In this document: positions 47,561-56,963 of the stretch, piece by piece
Numbering within the stretch: position 1 is the first letter of the stretch
How the letters are laid out: every line of letters starts with the position of its first letter
The notes under the pieces: generated by a model
Told to the model about the DNA's origin: nothing
The model's database searches: none
What the model saw: only the letters and a program-made list of their open reading frames with translations
Assembly (NCBI GenBank): GCA_012838305.1
Contig: DUPN01000003.1
Coordinates: 29,335 to 93,334 of the forward strand
Reading direction: 5' to 3'
DNA length: 64,000 nt
DNA from: Bacillota bacterium
GTDB lineage: Bacteria > Bacillota > Limnochordia > Darwinibacteriales > Darwinibacteriaceae
Position numbers and translations under genes: made by a program

Positions 47561-48256
47561 ATGAAACCTTACTTGCTGGGCGCAGTTCTCGTCATGATCC
47601 TACTTCTTCTATCTATGCCCCGCTTGGTCTTGGTGCCCCTGGTTGTCCAGGAACTAGAAGACGAAGTGGGACAGTTTCTCCAGGCGCAACAGGTCCAAGT
47701 CCAACTAGAGGCGCCCTGGGGCTGGGAACTGGTTTTTGGGCGATTGCCCCGTTTGGACATTGTGGCCAACGATGCACGTATGGACGCACTCAGGGTGTTT
47801 CAGGTTACCATCCATGGAGAACAGATCCGCTTTGACCCCCGTTCTCTCTGGCAGGATAAAGAACTAGTCTATACAGAAGCATCGAGCTTGTGGGGGGAGA
47901 TGATCCTCACGGAAGAGGACCTGAACGCCTATTTTTGGCAAGAGGTTGATCAGGATCGCCTCTTGCGACTTCGGGTCGCCCCCGGCGAGATTGGCTTAGG
48001 CGGCCAGATAAGTTTCTGGAACATGGAGTGGACTATCACGCTGCTGGGGGATTTGGAGGTGCATCAAGGCAGTTCGCTGCGCTTTGTCCTCAAGAATCTG
48101 GAAGTACAAGAAACAAGGATCCCCTCGGTTTTGCTAGAAGTTCTCAGCGAGCATTATGATTTCGTAGTGGATTTCGGTGTGTTCCCCTATCCTGTGGAGC
48201 TCAGAGAGGTTCACCTGCAGGAGGAGCAGATTCTAGTCACCTTCGGAGGGCTGTAA
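47561..48256 (+). CDS. Hypothetical membrane-anchored protein, DUF2993-like
   Basis: It has an N-terminal TM (LLGAVLVMILLLLSM) and a beta-rich globular domain. The family call is tentative. Confidence 0.35.
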   Translation: MKPYLLGAVLVMILLLLSMPRLVLVPLVVQELEDEVGQFLQAQQVQVQLEAPWGWELVFGRLPRLDIVANDARMDALRVFQVTIHGEQIRFDPRSLWQDKELVYTEASSLWGEMILTEEDLNAYFWQEVDQDRLLRLRVAPGEIGLGGQISFWNMEWTITLLGDLEVHQGSSLRFVLKNLEVQETRIPSVLLEVLSEHYDFVVDFGVFPYPVELREVHLQEEQILVTFGGL

Positions 48257-49902
48257 TGAAACGAACTTTGTGGATGATCATACTATTAGCTGCCTGCGTC
48301 TCCTTGGGAGTGGTTGTGCAGCGTTGGAACGTGGAGCGGCCCAATCGCACGGTAGAAATCGTTTATGATCTACCGGGCCTGCTCGAAGTAAGCGCTACGA
48401 CCGGTCTGGATCTTGACCGGATCATAGCGGATCTTCACTCCGCCGGGGTCGAGACCATTGCGGTTCAGCCCGCTAGCATAGGCGATATTCTGCTAACTGG
48501 GGATGTGGTCCCTGCAGACATACGCTCGCAATTGCCAGGACATATTCCGGATTTGGCCAAGCTTCTGACCCTGCCCGTCGCTTTCCAGGAGGAGCAGTTT
48601 GAATGGGTACAATCTGCAGGCTTAAAGACGGCGCCGAAAATCAATACTGCACCCTGGAATGTCGAACCGATTTGGTCCGCTTACCAACCGGAGCTGCTGA
48701 TTGTGAGCGGGCAGGGGATGATGGATCTGACCGAGCTTGAGCTGAGCGGGGCCAGACTGGCCTTGGTCGAGTTTTCCACACCGCAGATTCGTCCCGCTGA
48801 CCCAGGGAGCATGGTTCGACTGCACGGCATTAGTGCGCCGGAGATGTTGGTCCTCTCCCAGGAGCGTATTCTCAATCGTTATCTGCGGGCCGTTAGGGAA
48901 CGCAATATCCGGGTGCTCTATGTGCGGCCCTTTGTCCACGGCGAGGACAGCTGGGATCGTTCCTTGGATCTGCTCAAAGCGCTCGGGGAGAAGCTGGAGA
49001 AAGCAGGTTTTCCGCTGGGACAGGCCCGCCCCTTTAGTCCCTGGAGTCCCCATGGGATCTGGACAGCCCTGGCGGCTGTAGGAATTTGGGCAGCCGCTCT
49101 GCTCTATGCCTGGGGGCTGCTGGCGGAGTGGAGAAAGATCCTGCCCTGGGGAGCTCTTGTGGCCCTAGCAGCAAATCTGGTTCTATTATTCCTAAGTCCC
49201 CTCCTGGCCAAGCAGGTTCTGGCCCTGGTTGCTGCCATTGTCTTCCCCTGTCTGGCTTTGCAGTGGGGAATGATGGCCAAGACTTGCTGGCAGCGCTATT
49301 GGTTCACTGCCGCGATTTCCATGCTTGGCGCCGTCTTTGTGGTGACGGTCTTAAGCGGCACGGAGTTCTTGCTCAAGCTCCAGGAGTTCCGCGGCGTAAA
49401 GGTAATGCATGCAGTTCCCGTTGCTTTGGCTCTCTATACCTTGGCTCGACCTCTGAAGAGTTGGCTAAACAAGAATGTGCCCATTCGGTACCTGGTTCTT
49501 GCCGCTTTTGTGGGTTTGGCCGGTGTGTTCTATATTCTACGTACAGGCAATTTCGGACTTCCCGTGATCGGTTTGGAAGTGAAGGCCCGGGAGTTTCTGG
49601 AGAATCTGCTCCTGGTTCGTCCTCGGACCAAGGAGCTGTTCCTGGGGCATCCGGCCCTCTACTTTGCTGCCCAATCCCAGCAGCCCCAGAGGTCATGGTG
49701 GCTCCCTGTGGCCGTTATTGGACAGATTTCGCTGGTGAATACCTTTACGCACATCCACACTTTCTTGGGGGTCAGCCTCTTAAGGACGCTGTATGGATTG
49801 GTTTTTGGCTATTTACTGGGCTGGTTGGCTTGGAAGGTGTTTCAGTGGGGGAAGAGGTGGTGGGAACGTGATCATGGTTTCCGGATACTACGGTTTCCAT
49901 AA
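48256..49902 (+). CDS. Membrane protein with an N-terminal extracytoplasmic domain and a C-terminal polytopic region, of the kind usually linked to csaB (DUF5693-like)
   Basis: A signal/anchor segment (LWMIILLAACVSLGVVV) is followed by a soluble domain of about 300 aa and then at least seven TM helices. It overlaps the csaB start. Confidence 0.4.
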   Translation: MKRTLWMIILLAACVSLGVVVQRWNVERPNRTVEIVYDLPGLLEVSATTGLDLDRIIADLHSAGVETIAVQPASIGDILLTGDVVPADIRSQLPGHIPDLAKLLTLPVAFQEEQFEWVQSAGLKTAPKINTAPWNVEPIWSAYQPELLIVSGQGMMDLTELELSGARLALVEFSTPQIRPADPGSMVRLHGISAPEMLVLSQERILNRYLRAVRERNIRVLYVRPFVHGEDSWDRSLDLLKALGEKLEKAGFPLGQARPFSPWSPHGIWTALAAVGIWAAALLYAWGLLAEWRKILPWGALVALAANLVLLFLSPLLAKQVLALVAAIVFPCLALQWGMMAKTCWQRYWFTAAISMLGAVFVVTVLSGTEFLLKLQEFRGVKVMHAVPVALALYTLARPLKSWLNKNVPIRYLVLAAFVGLAGVFYILRTGNFGLPVIGLEVKAREFLENLLLVRPRTKELFLGHPALYFAAQSQQPQRSWWLPVAVIGQISLVNTFTHIHTFLGVSLLRTLYGLVFGYLLGWLAWKVFQWGKRWWERDHGFRILRFP

Positions 49903-50899
49903 TCTCGGGGACGAAGCCATCCTGGCTGTATTGTGCCAGGATTTGGTTGATCTCGGTTGGTCCCGGCAGGACATTCTAGTGCTCTCGCAAGACCCCGATC
50001 AAACCCGAGCAGATCATGGCGTGACCGCACTGCCCCGCTATGATCTTCGCCAGATCCTGCGCCGCTTGGGATCCACCAGCTTTTTTCTGAGCGGAGGAGG
50101 CTCCCTGCTGCAGGATGTGACCAGTAAACGGAGCATCCCCTATTACCTAGGCTTGGTGGAGGCAGCCCTATGGCGCAGGGTTCCGGTGATTATGTATGGC
50201 CAGGGTCTAGGCCCTGTGCAAAGCCGCACTCTGCGCTCATGGGTGGGAAGGGCCTTCCGCCGCAGTCTAGCCTGCTCGGTGCGGGATGAAGGGAGCCTGA
50301 AATTTCTCTTGGATCTGGGAATCTCCCGGGAAACGATTACCTTGGCTGCAGACCCCGTTTTCCAACAGACTCCGCTCCAAGGTGTTCGGCATGACGAAAA
50401 AAGGCTTTTATTGAATCTTAGACCCTATCGGGGCTGGCAGGAACACCGCCAGATCTATCTGGAGTATGTGAGGTTGTGGCGGAGCCAGGGTTTTTCTCTG
50501 GAGTTTGTGGCCCTTGGCCCTGGAGATGCGGCCATGGGCAGGGTTTTACAGGAAGGGTGCCCCGAGCTCGTGGTTCATCACGGCTTGACACTAAAGACCG
50601 TTGCACCGATTGTATCCGGTGCCAATCTCTTTGTCTCCATGCGCCTCCATGGATTGATTTTCGCTGTTCTCCATGACTGCCTTCCCCTGGGCCTGGTCTA
50701 TGATCCTAAGGTGGCAGCCATCAGCAGGCAGCTCAATACACCCTGCTTGGAGCTGGCGGATGTACAAGGTCTGGGCCGAGAGGTGGTCCATGTACTGGGA
50801 AGGGCTGCGGAGCATAGACTGAACTATCGAAGGGCTCTAGACGTACTACAGGGTGCTGCCATGGAGAATCGCGCCATGTTGGCCCGGGTGTTGAGGTGA
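49874..50899 (+). CDS. csaB: Polysaccharide pyruvyl transferase CsaB (secondary cell-wall polymer pyruvylation)
   Basis: The N-terminal motif is MVSGYYGFHNLGDEAILAVL, which is the PS_pyruv_trans family pattern. The start is ATG at 49874, with GTG at 49868 as an alternative. Confidence 0.75.
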   Translation: MVSGYYGFHNLGDEAILAVLCQDLVDLGWSRQDILVLSQDPDQTRADHGVTALPRYDLRQILRRLGSTSFFLSGGGSLLQDVTSKRSIPYYLGLVEAALWRRVPVIMYGQGLGPVQSRTLRSWVGRAFRRSLACSVRDEGSLKFLLDLGISRETITLAADPVFQQTPLQGVRHDEKRLLLNLRPYRGWQEHRQIYLEYVRLWRSQGFSLEFVALGPGDAAMGRVLQEGCPELVVHHGLTLKTVAPIVSGANLFVSMRLHGLIFAVLHDCLPLGLVYDPKVAAISRQLNTPCLELADVQGLGREVVHVLGRAAEHRLNYRRALDVLQGAAMENRAMLARVLR

Positions 50900-50903
50900 G
50901 AGC

Positions 50904-51641
50904 ATGGCTAGAACGGAGATTTTGGGAGTTGGTTTTGATCCTGTCACCATGGATCAGGCCCAGGCAGAAATGGCTTCTTACGCACTCCAAAACGCCTCTC
51001 ATCTGGTGGTTACTGCCAATCCGGAGATGGTGATGAGGGCTAGAGGGGATCAACTCTTAGCGGAAATCCTCGCTAGGGCTGATTTGGTTGTGGCCGACGG
51101 TATTGGGGTGGTGTGGGCCAGCCGTATGCTGCAGAAGGCTGTTCCCGAAAGGATCCCCGGAATTGAACTGGCCGAGGGCCTGCTCTGCCAGGCGGCCCAA
51201 GAGGGTTGGACGGTGTTTTTGCTCGGGGCTGCAGAGGGGGTTGCCAGACAGGCCGCCACTAAGCTCCAGCAAAGGCTGCCTGGACTGAAGATCGTAGGTA
51301 CACATCATGGCTACTTTCAGGCAGGACCAGAGGAAGATGTGATTATTCAGGAGATTCAGGAGAAAAAGCCCCACATTCTTCTGGTGGCCCTGGGCGTGCC
51401 CCGTGCGGAAAAATGGTTGGCAGCACATTTGGGCACCATGAAAGTATCGGTGGCGATGGGAGTGGGAGGTAGTTTCAATGTCTGGGCGGGCGTGGACAGG
51501 CGAGCGCCGCTGTGGATGCGAAACATCCACCTAGAATGGCTCTACCGTCTAATCAGGCAGCCATGGAGGATCAAACGTCTCTTAGTCTTGCCCGTTTTTG
51601 TCCTCTTGGTACTGGTCGCACGCTTCAAGTCAGGGAGGTAG
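50904..51641 (+). CDS. tagA: WecB/TagA/CpsF-family glycosyltransferase (N-acetylmannosaminyltransferase-like)
   Basis: ILGVGFDPVTMDQA...VVTANPEMVM...ADGIGVVWASR...GVGGSFNVWAG is the GT26 pattern. Confidence 0.8.
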   Translation: MARTEILGVGFDPVTMDQAQAEMASYALQNASHLVVTANPEMVMRARGDQLLAEILARADLVVADGIGVVWASRMLQKAVPERIPGIELAEGLLCQAAQEGWTVFLLGAAEGVARQAATKLQQRLPGLKIVGTHHGYFQAGPEEDVIIQEIQEKKPHILLVALGVPRAEKWLAAHLGTMKVSVAMGVGGSFNVWAGVDRRAPLWMRNIHLEWLYRLIRQPWRIKRLLVLPVFVLLVLVARFKSGR

Positions 51642-51644
51642 GTC

Positions 51645-52481
51645 ATGGTCAAGCGGTTTGTGCTGGGATATGGCGGGGTCTTGGTTGGTGTCATCATCGC
51701 TGCAGCCGGGGTGAGTTATTTCCTCATTCCTGCTAAGATTGCTGCTGGCGGCGTCAGTGGTTTGGCTACCGTCATCTACTACCTGATGCGGCTTCCCGTT
51801 GGTGTCACCATGCTCCTTTTGAATATCCCCCTCTTTCTTTTGAGTTGGAAGATTATCGGACCTGTTTTTGGCGCAAAAACCCTCTTTGGTACCCTGGCCA
51901 TGTCGGTGTTTGTCGATCTGTTTAATCAAATTGCGGTGCCCATGACCGAAGATTTGCTTTTGGCGGCCATCTATGGGGGTGTCCTCTCCGGTATTGGGCT
52001 TGGCATCGCCTTCCGGGCGGGGGGATCGACCGGGGGTACGGATATGGCCGCCCAGTTGGTGGCAAGATTCTTCCCAACCAGTGTGGGCCAGGCCCTGCTG
52101 ATTGTGGATGGTATGGTGATTGTACTGGCCGGCATCGCCTTCGGTCTGGAACTGGCCATGTACGCCTTGATTGCAGTCTTCATCACCACAAAAACAGTGG
52201 ACGTGGTCCAGGAGGGACCAAACTATGCTAAAGCATGCCTGATTATCTCCGATCATCCTGAACCTATCGGCGAGAGCATTATGCAACGCTTGGAACGGGG
52301 TGTAACCATGCTTGATGGTCGGGGGATGTACACCAAGTATGACAAGGAGGTCCTGCTGGTCATTGTGTCCCGGATGGAAATCGCGGCGGTGAAGAGTATT
52401 GTGGCCGAGGTGGATCGAAAAGCATTTGTGATCATTTACGACGTCCATGAGGTTCTGGGAGAAGGTTTCAGGGGGCTCTAG
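51645..52481 (+). CDS. YitT-family membrane protein (DUF161/DUF2179)
   Basis: It has five or six TMs, a GGxTGGT-type motif (GGSTGGTDMAAQL) and the C-terminal DUF2179 soluble domain. Confidence 0.7.
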   Translation: MVKRFVLGYGGVLVGVIIAAAGVSYFLIPAKIAAGGVSGLATVIYYLMRLPVGVTMLLLNIPLFLLSWKIIGPVFGAKTLFGTLAMSVFVDLFNQIAVPMTEDLLLAAIYGGVLSGIGLGIAFRAGGSTGGTDMAAQLVARFFPTSVGQALLIVDGMVIVLAGIAFGLELAMYALIAVFITTKTVDVVQEGPNYAKACLIISDHPEPIGESIMQRLERGVTMLDGRGMYTKYDKEVLLVIVSRMEIAAVKSIVAEVDRKAFVIIYDVHEVLGEGFRGL

Positions 52482-52503
52482 CATGTGCCGGCCGGAGCAG
52501 GCA

Positions 52504-52533
52504 CTTGCCAATTGCCCTGGGTTTTTGGTATGA
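52504..52533 (+). promoter_or_regulatory. Candidate promoter for ctpA (TTGCCA, 18-bp spacer, extended -10 TGgTATGAT)
   Basis: The elements were identified by eye; the region is intergenic, 52482-52606. Confidence 0.3.
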
Positions 52534-52606
52534 TAGTGTGAATCATGATCGTCTATCAACTGGAGTCTTCACATATAGTTTGCCTAGATAGAAAGCTGGT
52601 GACGGA

Positions 52607-53818
52607 GTGAGCCGAAAAGCAACTCTAATAATCATAACCTTGGTAGCTTTGTTGTCTGTGTCCCTTGTCTATGGGTCCTATCAAGGGAACACCCAGGTCG
52701 GTCAGGAAGAGACTCGCTATGAGAGCATTGGAACGGCCCTGGAAGTGATCGCCCTGGTCAAGACGAGACACTATTTTCAGCCCGTAAGCACCTTTGAGCT
52801 GATCAAGGCCTATGTCAAAAACGGTACCATTAACGGAATGCTTAAAGAAGCTCTGGATGATCCTTACACGCGCCATATGGATGCCATTGCCTTTGAGAAT
52901 ATGATGAACACTACAACGGGAATCTACGGTGGTATAGGGCTTTCCGTAGGTATCGTGGACGATCGGGTCACGGTGGTCGCGCCCATTAAGGGAACGCCTG
53001 GAGAACGGGCAGGTCTCAGGCGCGGAGATAAGATCATGGCCATCGATGGCAAAGATACCACTTATATGACCTTGGATGAAGCAGTGAGCTTGATGCGGGG
53101 ACCGGAAGATACGGAGCTGGATTTGACCATCAGGAGGGACGAAGAGGAGTTTGAGGTACACATTGTACGGGAACTGATCAACGTGATCTCCGTACCTGAC
53201 TACAGGATCATCGATGAAGAGTATCGAATCGGCTATATCGAAATCACCAACTTTTCCGAACGCACCTATGATGAACTGCTAACAGCATTAGCCACCCTTG
53301 ACGGGCAGGGCCAACGAGCATTGATCCTGGATTTCCGCTTTAACCCCGGTGGGACCCTAAGTGCCGCCTTGCAGATGGCCAATGAGTTTGTCTCTGGAGC
53401 ACCCTTGCTCTACCTGGAGGATAAGGAAGGAAATCGCACTCCATTCGACAGTATACTGGCGGGAACGCGTAAACCCATGCCCATGGTAGCCTTAATCAAT
53501 GGCAGCAGCGCCAGTGCTTCCGAGATTGTCACCGGTGCGCTGCAAGACAATGGTTTGGCCACTTTAGTCGGTACTACCACCTTTGGCAAGGGTCTGGTGC
53601 AATCCCTCTATCCTTTGCGTGATGGGAGCGCCCTGACCGTGACCGAACAGGGTTATCTTACCTCTGGTGGTAAAGATATCAATGGTGTGGGTATCGAGCC
53701 AGATATTGTGGTGGAGGTCACATTGGAGGAAGAGGAGGCCATCTACCTCGATGAGGCCGAGATTGATCCGCAGCTGGAAAAGGCTCTGGAGGTTCTGCGC
53801 ACACAGCTCGAAACGTAA
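52607..53818 (+). CDS. ctpA: Carboxy-terminal processing protease CtpA (S41 family) with a PDZ domain
   Basis: It has a signal/anchor, a PDZ domain (GTPGERAGLRRGDKIMAIDG) and an S41 catalytic region (GSSASASEIVTGALQD ... TFGKGLVQS). Confidence 0.8.
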   Translation: MSRKATLIIITLVALLSVSLVYGSYQGNTQVGQEETRYESIGTALEVIALVKTRHYFQPVSTFELIKAYVKNGTINGMLKEALDDPYTRHMDAIAFENMMNTTTGIYGGIGLSVGIVDDRVTVVAPIKGTPGERAGLRRGDKIMAIDGKDTTYMTLDEAVSLMRGPEDTELDLTIRRDEEEFEVHIVRELINVISVPDYRIIDEEYRIGYIEITNFSERTYDELLTALATLDGQGQRALILDFRFNPGGTLSAALQMANEFVSGAPLLYLEDKEGNRTPFDSILAGTRKPMPMVALINGSSASASEIVTGALQDNGLATLVGTTTFGKGLVQSLYPLRDGSALTVTEQGYLTSGGKDINGVGIEPDIVVEVTLEEEEAIYLDEAEIDPQLEKALEVLRTQLET

Positions 53819-53881
53819 TTTCCACCCCGGAGTCCTTTCCGGGGTTGCCTTTTTCTTAAGGGAAATCAGGGAGGAAGAATT

Positions 53882-55135
53882 GTGGATCGAATTTGGGAAT
53901 TGGTCAAAATCACCTTTCAGGCTTTCACATTTATGGTCACCGATTTGCGTTACATTCTCCTGATGGCGCTAGTCTTTGTGTTGGTGTATCGCCAATACGC
54001 AAAAATTCGCCAATACGAACAGGAGTTCTTTGGTTTAAAGCGAATCAATCCTTTGATGGAGACAATCACCTCCCTGGTCTATGGGATCGGAGGAGGAATT
54101 GTGGCCACTGTCTTCTTCATTCTCCTTGGTGTGTCCATGAGCGATGCAGGCGTAGCGTACCTCTGGTTGGCGGCGATTTTGCTGATGCTGATCAATCAAC
54201 GTTTTCTCTGTTTTGCTTACGCTGGCGGTCTCGTTGGTCTAGTGGCCCTTTTCACCGGATATCCCCAAATCCACATTCCCACCCTAATGGCACTGGTGGC
54301 GGTTTTGCACTTGGTGGAATCGCTGCTCATTTTCGTTAACGGCTATCACAACGCCTCACCTATGTTTTTTAAACACCGCAGTGGCAAGGTAGTTGGGGGA
54401 TTTGCCCTGCGGAAGTTTTGGCCCATGCCCACCGTTGCGTTAGTAGGCATGGTCATGATCACCTCCGGAGCGGACTTCCAGTCCATAGCTATGCCGGACT
54501 GGTGGCCTATCTTCCAGCCAGGGCTGGATGTACCCGAAAGCCATGTCTTAATGCACGTTCTGTTTCCCCTCGTGGTAGCCTTGGGCTATGGTGATTATGC
54601 GCAGACGGAACTACCCAAGGCGAAGGCCCGCCGCAGTGCCGGCATGCTCTTTTTGTACAGCCTTGTGCTCCTGGGCTTAGCTGTCTTGGCGAACCAGTAT
54701 CCCATCCTGTCCATCTTCGCCGTGCTCTATGCGCCCCTCGGGCATGAACTGGTGATCCAATTCGGGCAGCGGAGGGAAGAGAGGAGAACGCCTGTCTTCC
54801 GTGGGGAAGAAGGCGTTATGGTTCTCGCTGTTTATCCCAACTCACCGGCAGAGCAGATGGGTTTGGAGGCGGGGGATGTGATCCGCAGCATCAATGGCAT
54901 CGAGACCCCTGATTTGTCCGCCTTGGCGGAGCAGATGTCTCCCTGGGCGATTGATCCTGTGTTGGTGGTGGAGAGTCAGTTCCGGCAGCCAGCTCAACGG
55001 GAAATTGCCTACAAGGGCAAGATTCCGCCCCTGGGCATCGTACCTGCGCCCCAAGGGGAGCAGAGGACCTACGTTCGCTTCAAAGATGGATTTTTGCAGA
55101 GCGTTTGGAAGAAATGGAAAACCGGGAGGAAGTGA
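53882..55135 (+). CDS. Polytopic membrane protein with a C-terminal PDZ domain
   Basis: It has about eight TMs. The C-terminal PDZ-like segment is GLEAGDVIRSINGIETPDLSAL. No HExxH motif is present, so it is not an obvious site-2 protease. Confidence 0.4.
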   Translation: MDRIWELVKITFQAFTFMVTDLRYILLMALVFVLVYRQYAKIRQYEQEFFGLKRINPLMETITSLVYGIGGGIVATVFFILLGVSMSDAGVAYLWLAAILLMLINQRFLCFAYAGGLVGLVALFTGYPQIHIPTLMALVAVLHLVESLLIFVNGYHNASPMFFKHRSGKVVGGFALRKFWPMPTVALVGMVMITSGADFQSIAMPDWWPIFQPGLDVPESHVLMHVLFPLVVALGYGDYAQTELPKAKARRSAGMLFLYSLVLLGLAVLANQYPILSIFAVLYAPLGHELVIQFGQRREERRTPVFRGEEGVMVLAVYPNSPAEQMGLEAGDVIRSINGIETPDLSALAEQMSPWAIDPVLVVESQFRQPAQREIAYKGKIPPLGIVPAPQGEQRTYVRFKDGFLQSVWKKWKTGRK

Positions 55136-55139
55136 GACC

Positions 55140-56390
55140 ATGATGCGATTGCGCTGGGATGATGATCAGACGTCCATCGTTGTGCTCCTCGGCATTTTGG
55201 CCATGAGCTCCTTGGGTTTTGCCATTTTCAGTCTGGTGTTTGGACCCGAGCTGCAAGTGGAGTTGGAGCCCCGGCCCCAAGTTGTGGTGCAGATTGCCCG
55301 GCCAGAGATGCCTGCACTCGATCAGTCGGCCGAGTTTTGGGAGGAAAGCGGTTTTATTGTGCTTAGCCGCGATCAGGAGTATGCTTTGCAGAAGAGCGCG
55401 GGTCCGGATCGGGGGGTGTGGATCCAGGGGCGAGAGACCTTGGTCTTGGTGCCCCAGCGCTATGATCTCAAGCTTGCTTCCTCTGTGCTCCAGATGAGTG
55501 CCTCCTTTCTTGAGGCGGGATGGATGATCCAGCTTGAGGCCACAGATCATGGTTATACCATTGCTTTTTGGAGCCGTGTCCCTGGTTGGGATCACAGGGT
55601 CTTGTCCTACCTGTGGGACATTGAACTCCTGAATCCCGAAAACTATGGCCACCACTATGGAGGGTTCATTTCCGTCATGGGTCAGTTTTTTGATCCGGCA
55701 GGATTTCGCCGAGGCACGCCCCAAGCTCCTGTCCTGTCCTTGATCATCGATGATTGGGGATACGACACTGCCGCGGCCGATCCCATGATTGCCTATCCCT
55801 TCCCCCTGACTATGGCGGTCTTGCCCCATTTGGCTGTCTCCCGGGAAGTAGGAGAACGTATCCAGAGAGCCGGTCATGAGGTGCTCTTACATCAACCCAT
55901 GGAGGCCTTGGATAGCAGTTTGGATCTGGGTCCGGGCGGCATCATCCTGGGAATGGATCGGATCGCAGTAGAGGCCCAACTAAAGGAGAATGCGGCTTCT
56001 CTCCCCATGGCGGTCGGCATGAACAATCACATGGGATCATCGGTCACAGCTGACTATGACACCATGCGCCACGTACTTGAAGTGGTGAAAGAGCTGGGTC
56101 TGTTTTTTGTGGATAGTCGAACCACGACATCCAGTGTGGTGGCGGATGTCGCGGGCCAAGTGGGCATTCCCTATGGAGTCAACAACTTTTTTATCGACAA
56201 TGAGAGTGATGTGGACAAGATCAAGGCGCAGCTGCGTTCAGGCTTAGCTTTGGCACAAAGACAGGGACATGCCGTCCTAATTGGGCATGTCCGACCGACA
56301 ACTGTGATTGCGCTCTGGGAGATGATCCCAGAACTCTTGGATTCGGGCGTACAGTTTGTGCCCATTTCCTGTTTGCTGTATGAAGATTAG
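55140..56390 (+). CDS. Divergent polysaccharide deacetylase family protein (YibQ-like) with an N-terminal membrane anchor
   Basis: The start is ATG at 55140 after GGGAGGAAG. The TM is IVVLLGILAMSSLGFAIFSLVF. The C-terminal domain contains NNHMGSSVTAD...GLFFVDSRTT...VLIGHVRPTTV, the PF04748-like pattern. Confidence 0.6.
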   Translation: MMRLRWDDDQTSIVVLLGILAMSSLGFAIFSLVFGPELQVELEPRPQVVVQIARPEMPALDQSAEFWEESGFIVLSRDQEYALQKSAGPDRGVWIQGRETLVLVPQRYDLKLASSVLQMSASFLEAGWMIQLEATDHGYTIAFWSRVPGWDHRVLSYLWDIELLNPENYGHHYGGFISVMGQFFDPAGFRRGTPQAPVLSLIIDDWGYDTAAADPMIAYPFPLTMAVLPHLAVSREVGERIQRAGHEVLLHQPMEALDSSLDLGPGGIILGMDRIAVEAQLKENAASLPMAVGMNNHMGSSVTADYDTMRHVLEVVKELGLFFVDSRTTTSSVVADVAGQVGIPYGVNNFFIDNESDVDKIKAQLRSGLALAQRQGHAVLIGHVRPTTVIALWEMIPELLDSGVQFVPISCLLYED

Positions 56391-56869
56391 CCCGCATGAA
56401 TATAACGGGCTTGGGCTTCGGCTACAAAACGTTTGGCCTCTTCTTTACCCAACCAGTCGCCTACTTTCGTCTTCTTCTTCTCCAGGTCTTTGTAGACCTG
56501 GAAGAAATGGGTGATCTCTTTAAGCAGGTGTGGCGGGACATCCTCCAGGGTTCTTACCCAGTTCCATTGGGGATCACTGACGGGCACACACAGGATTTTC
56601 TGGTCGGGTCCCTTTTCATCCCACATCTCAAAGGCCGCTACAGGCTCCACCCGAATCAGGCAGCCTGGAAAGGTGGCTTCTCCCACCAGGGCTAGGGCAT
56701 CAAGGGCATCGCCGTCTTCGGCCAGTGTCTCAGGGATAAAACCATAGTCGGAAGGATAATGGACCGAGGAGAAGAGCATGCGGTCTAGATAGAAGCGTTT
56801 CGTCTCACTGTCATACTCGTATTTGTTGCGGCTGCCCCGTGGAATCTCTACCATCATGATTAGACTCAT
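56387..56869 (-). CDS. ppa: Inorganic pyrophosphatase (family I)
   Basis: EIPRGSRNKYEYD...DGDALDALAL is the family I PPase signature. The start is MSLIM after a GGGAGGT RBS. Confidence 0.85.
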   Translation of the reverse strand: MSLIMMVEIPRGSRNKYEYDSETKRFYLDRMLFSSVHYPSDYGFIPETLAEDGDALDALALVGEATFPGCLIRVEPVAAFEMWDEKGPDQKILCVPVSDPQWNWVRTLEDVPPHLLKEITHFFQVYKDLEKKKTKVGDWLGKEEAKRFVAEAQARYIHAG

Positions 56870-56963
56870 AGCATAACCTCCCAAAAACTAGTGCTTCTGT
56901 TAGTATTAGCCGCACAGGCAAAATTACCTACTGAGAATGGAAAAAAGGAGATGTCGAAGGACA

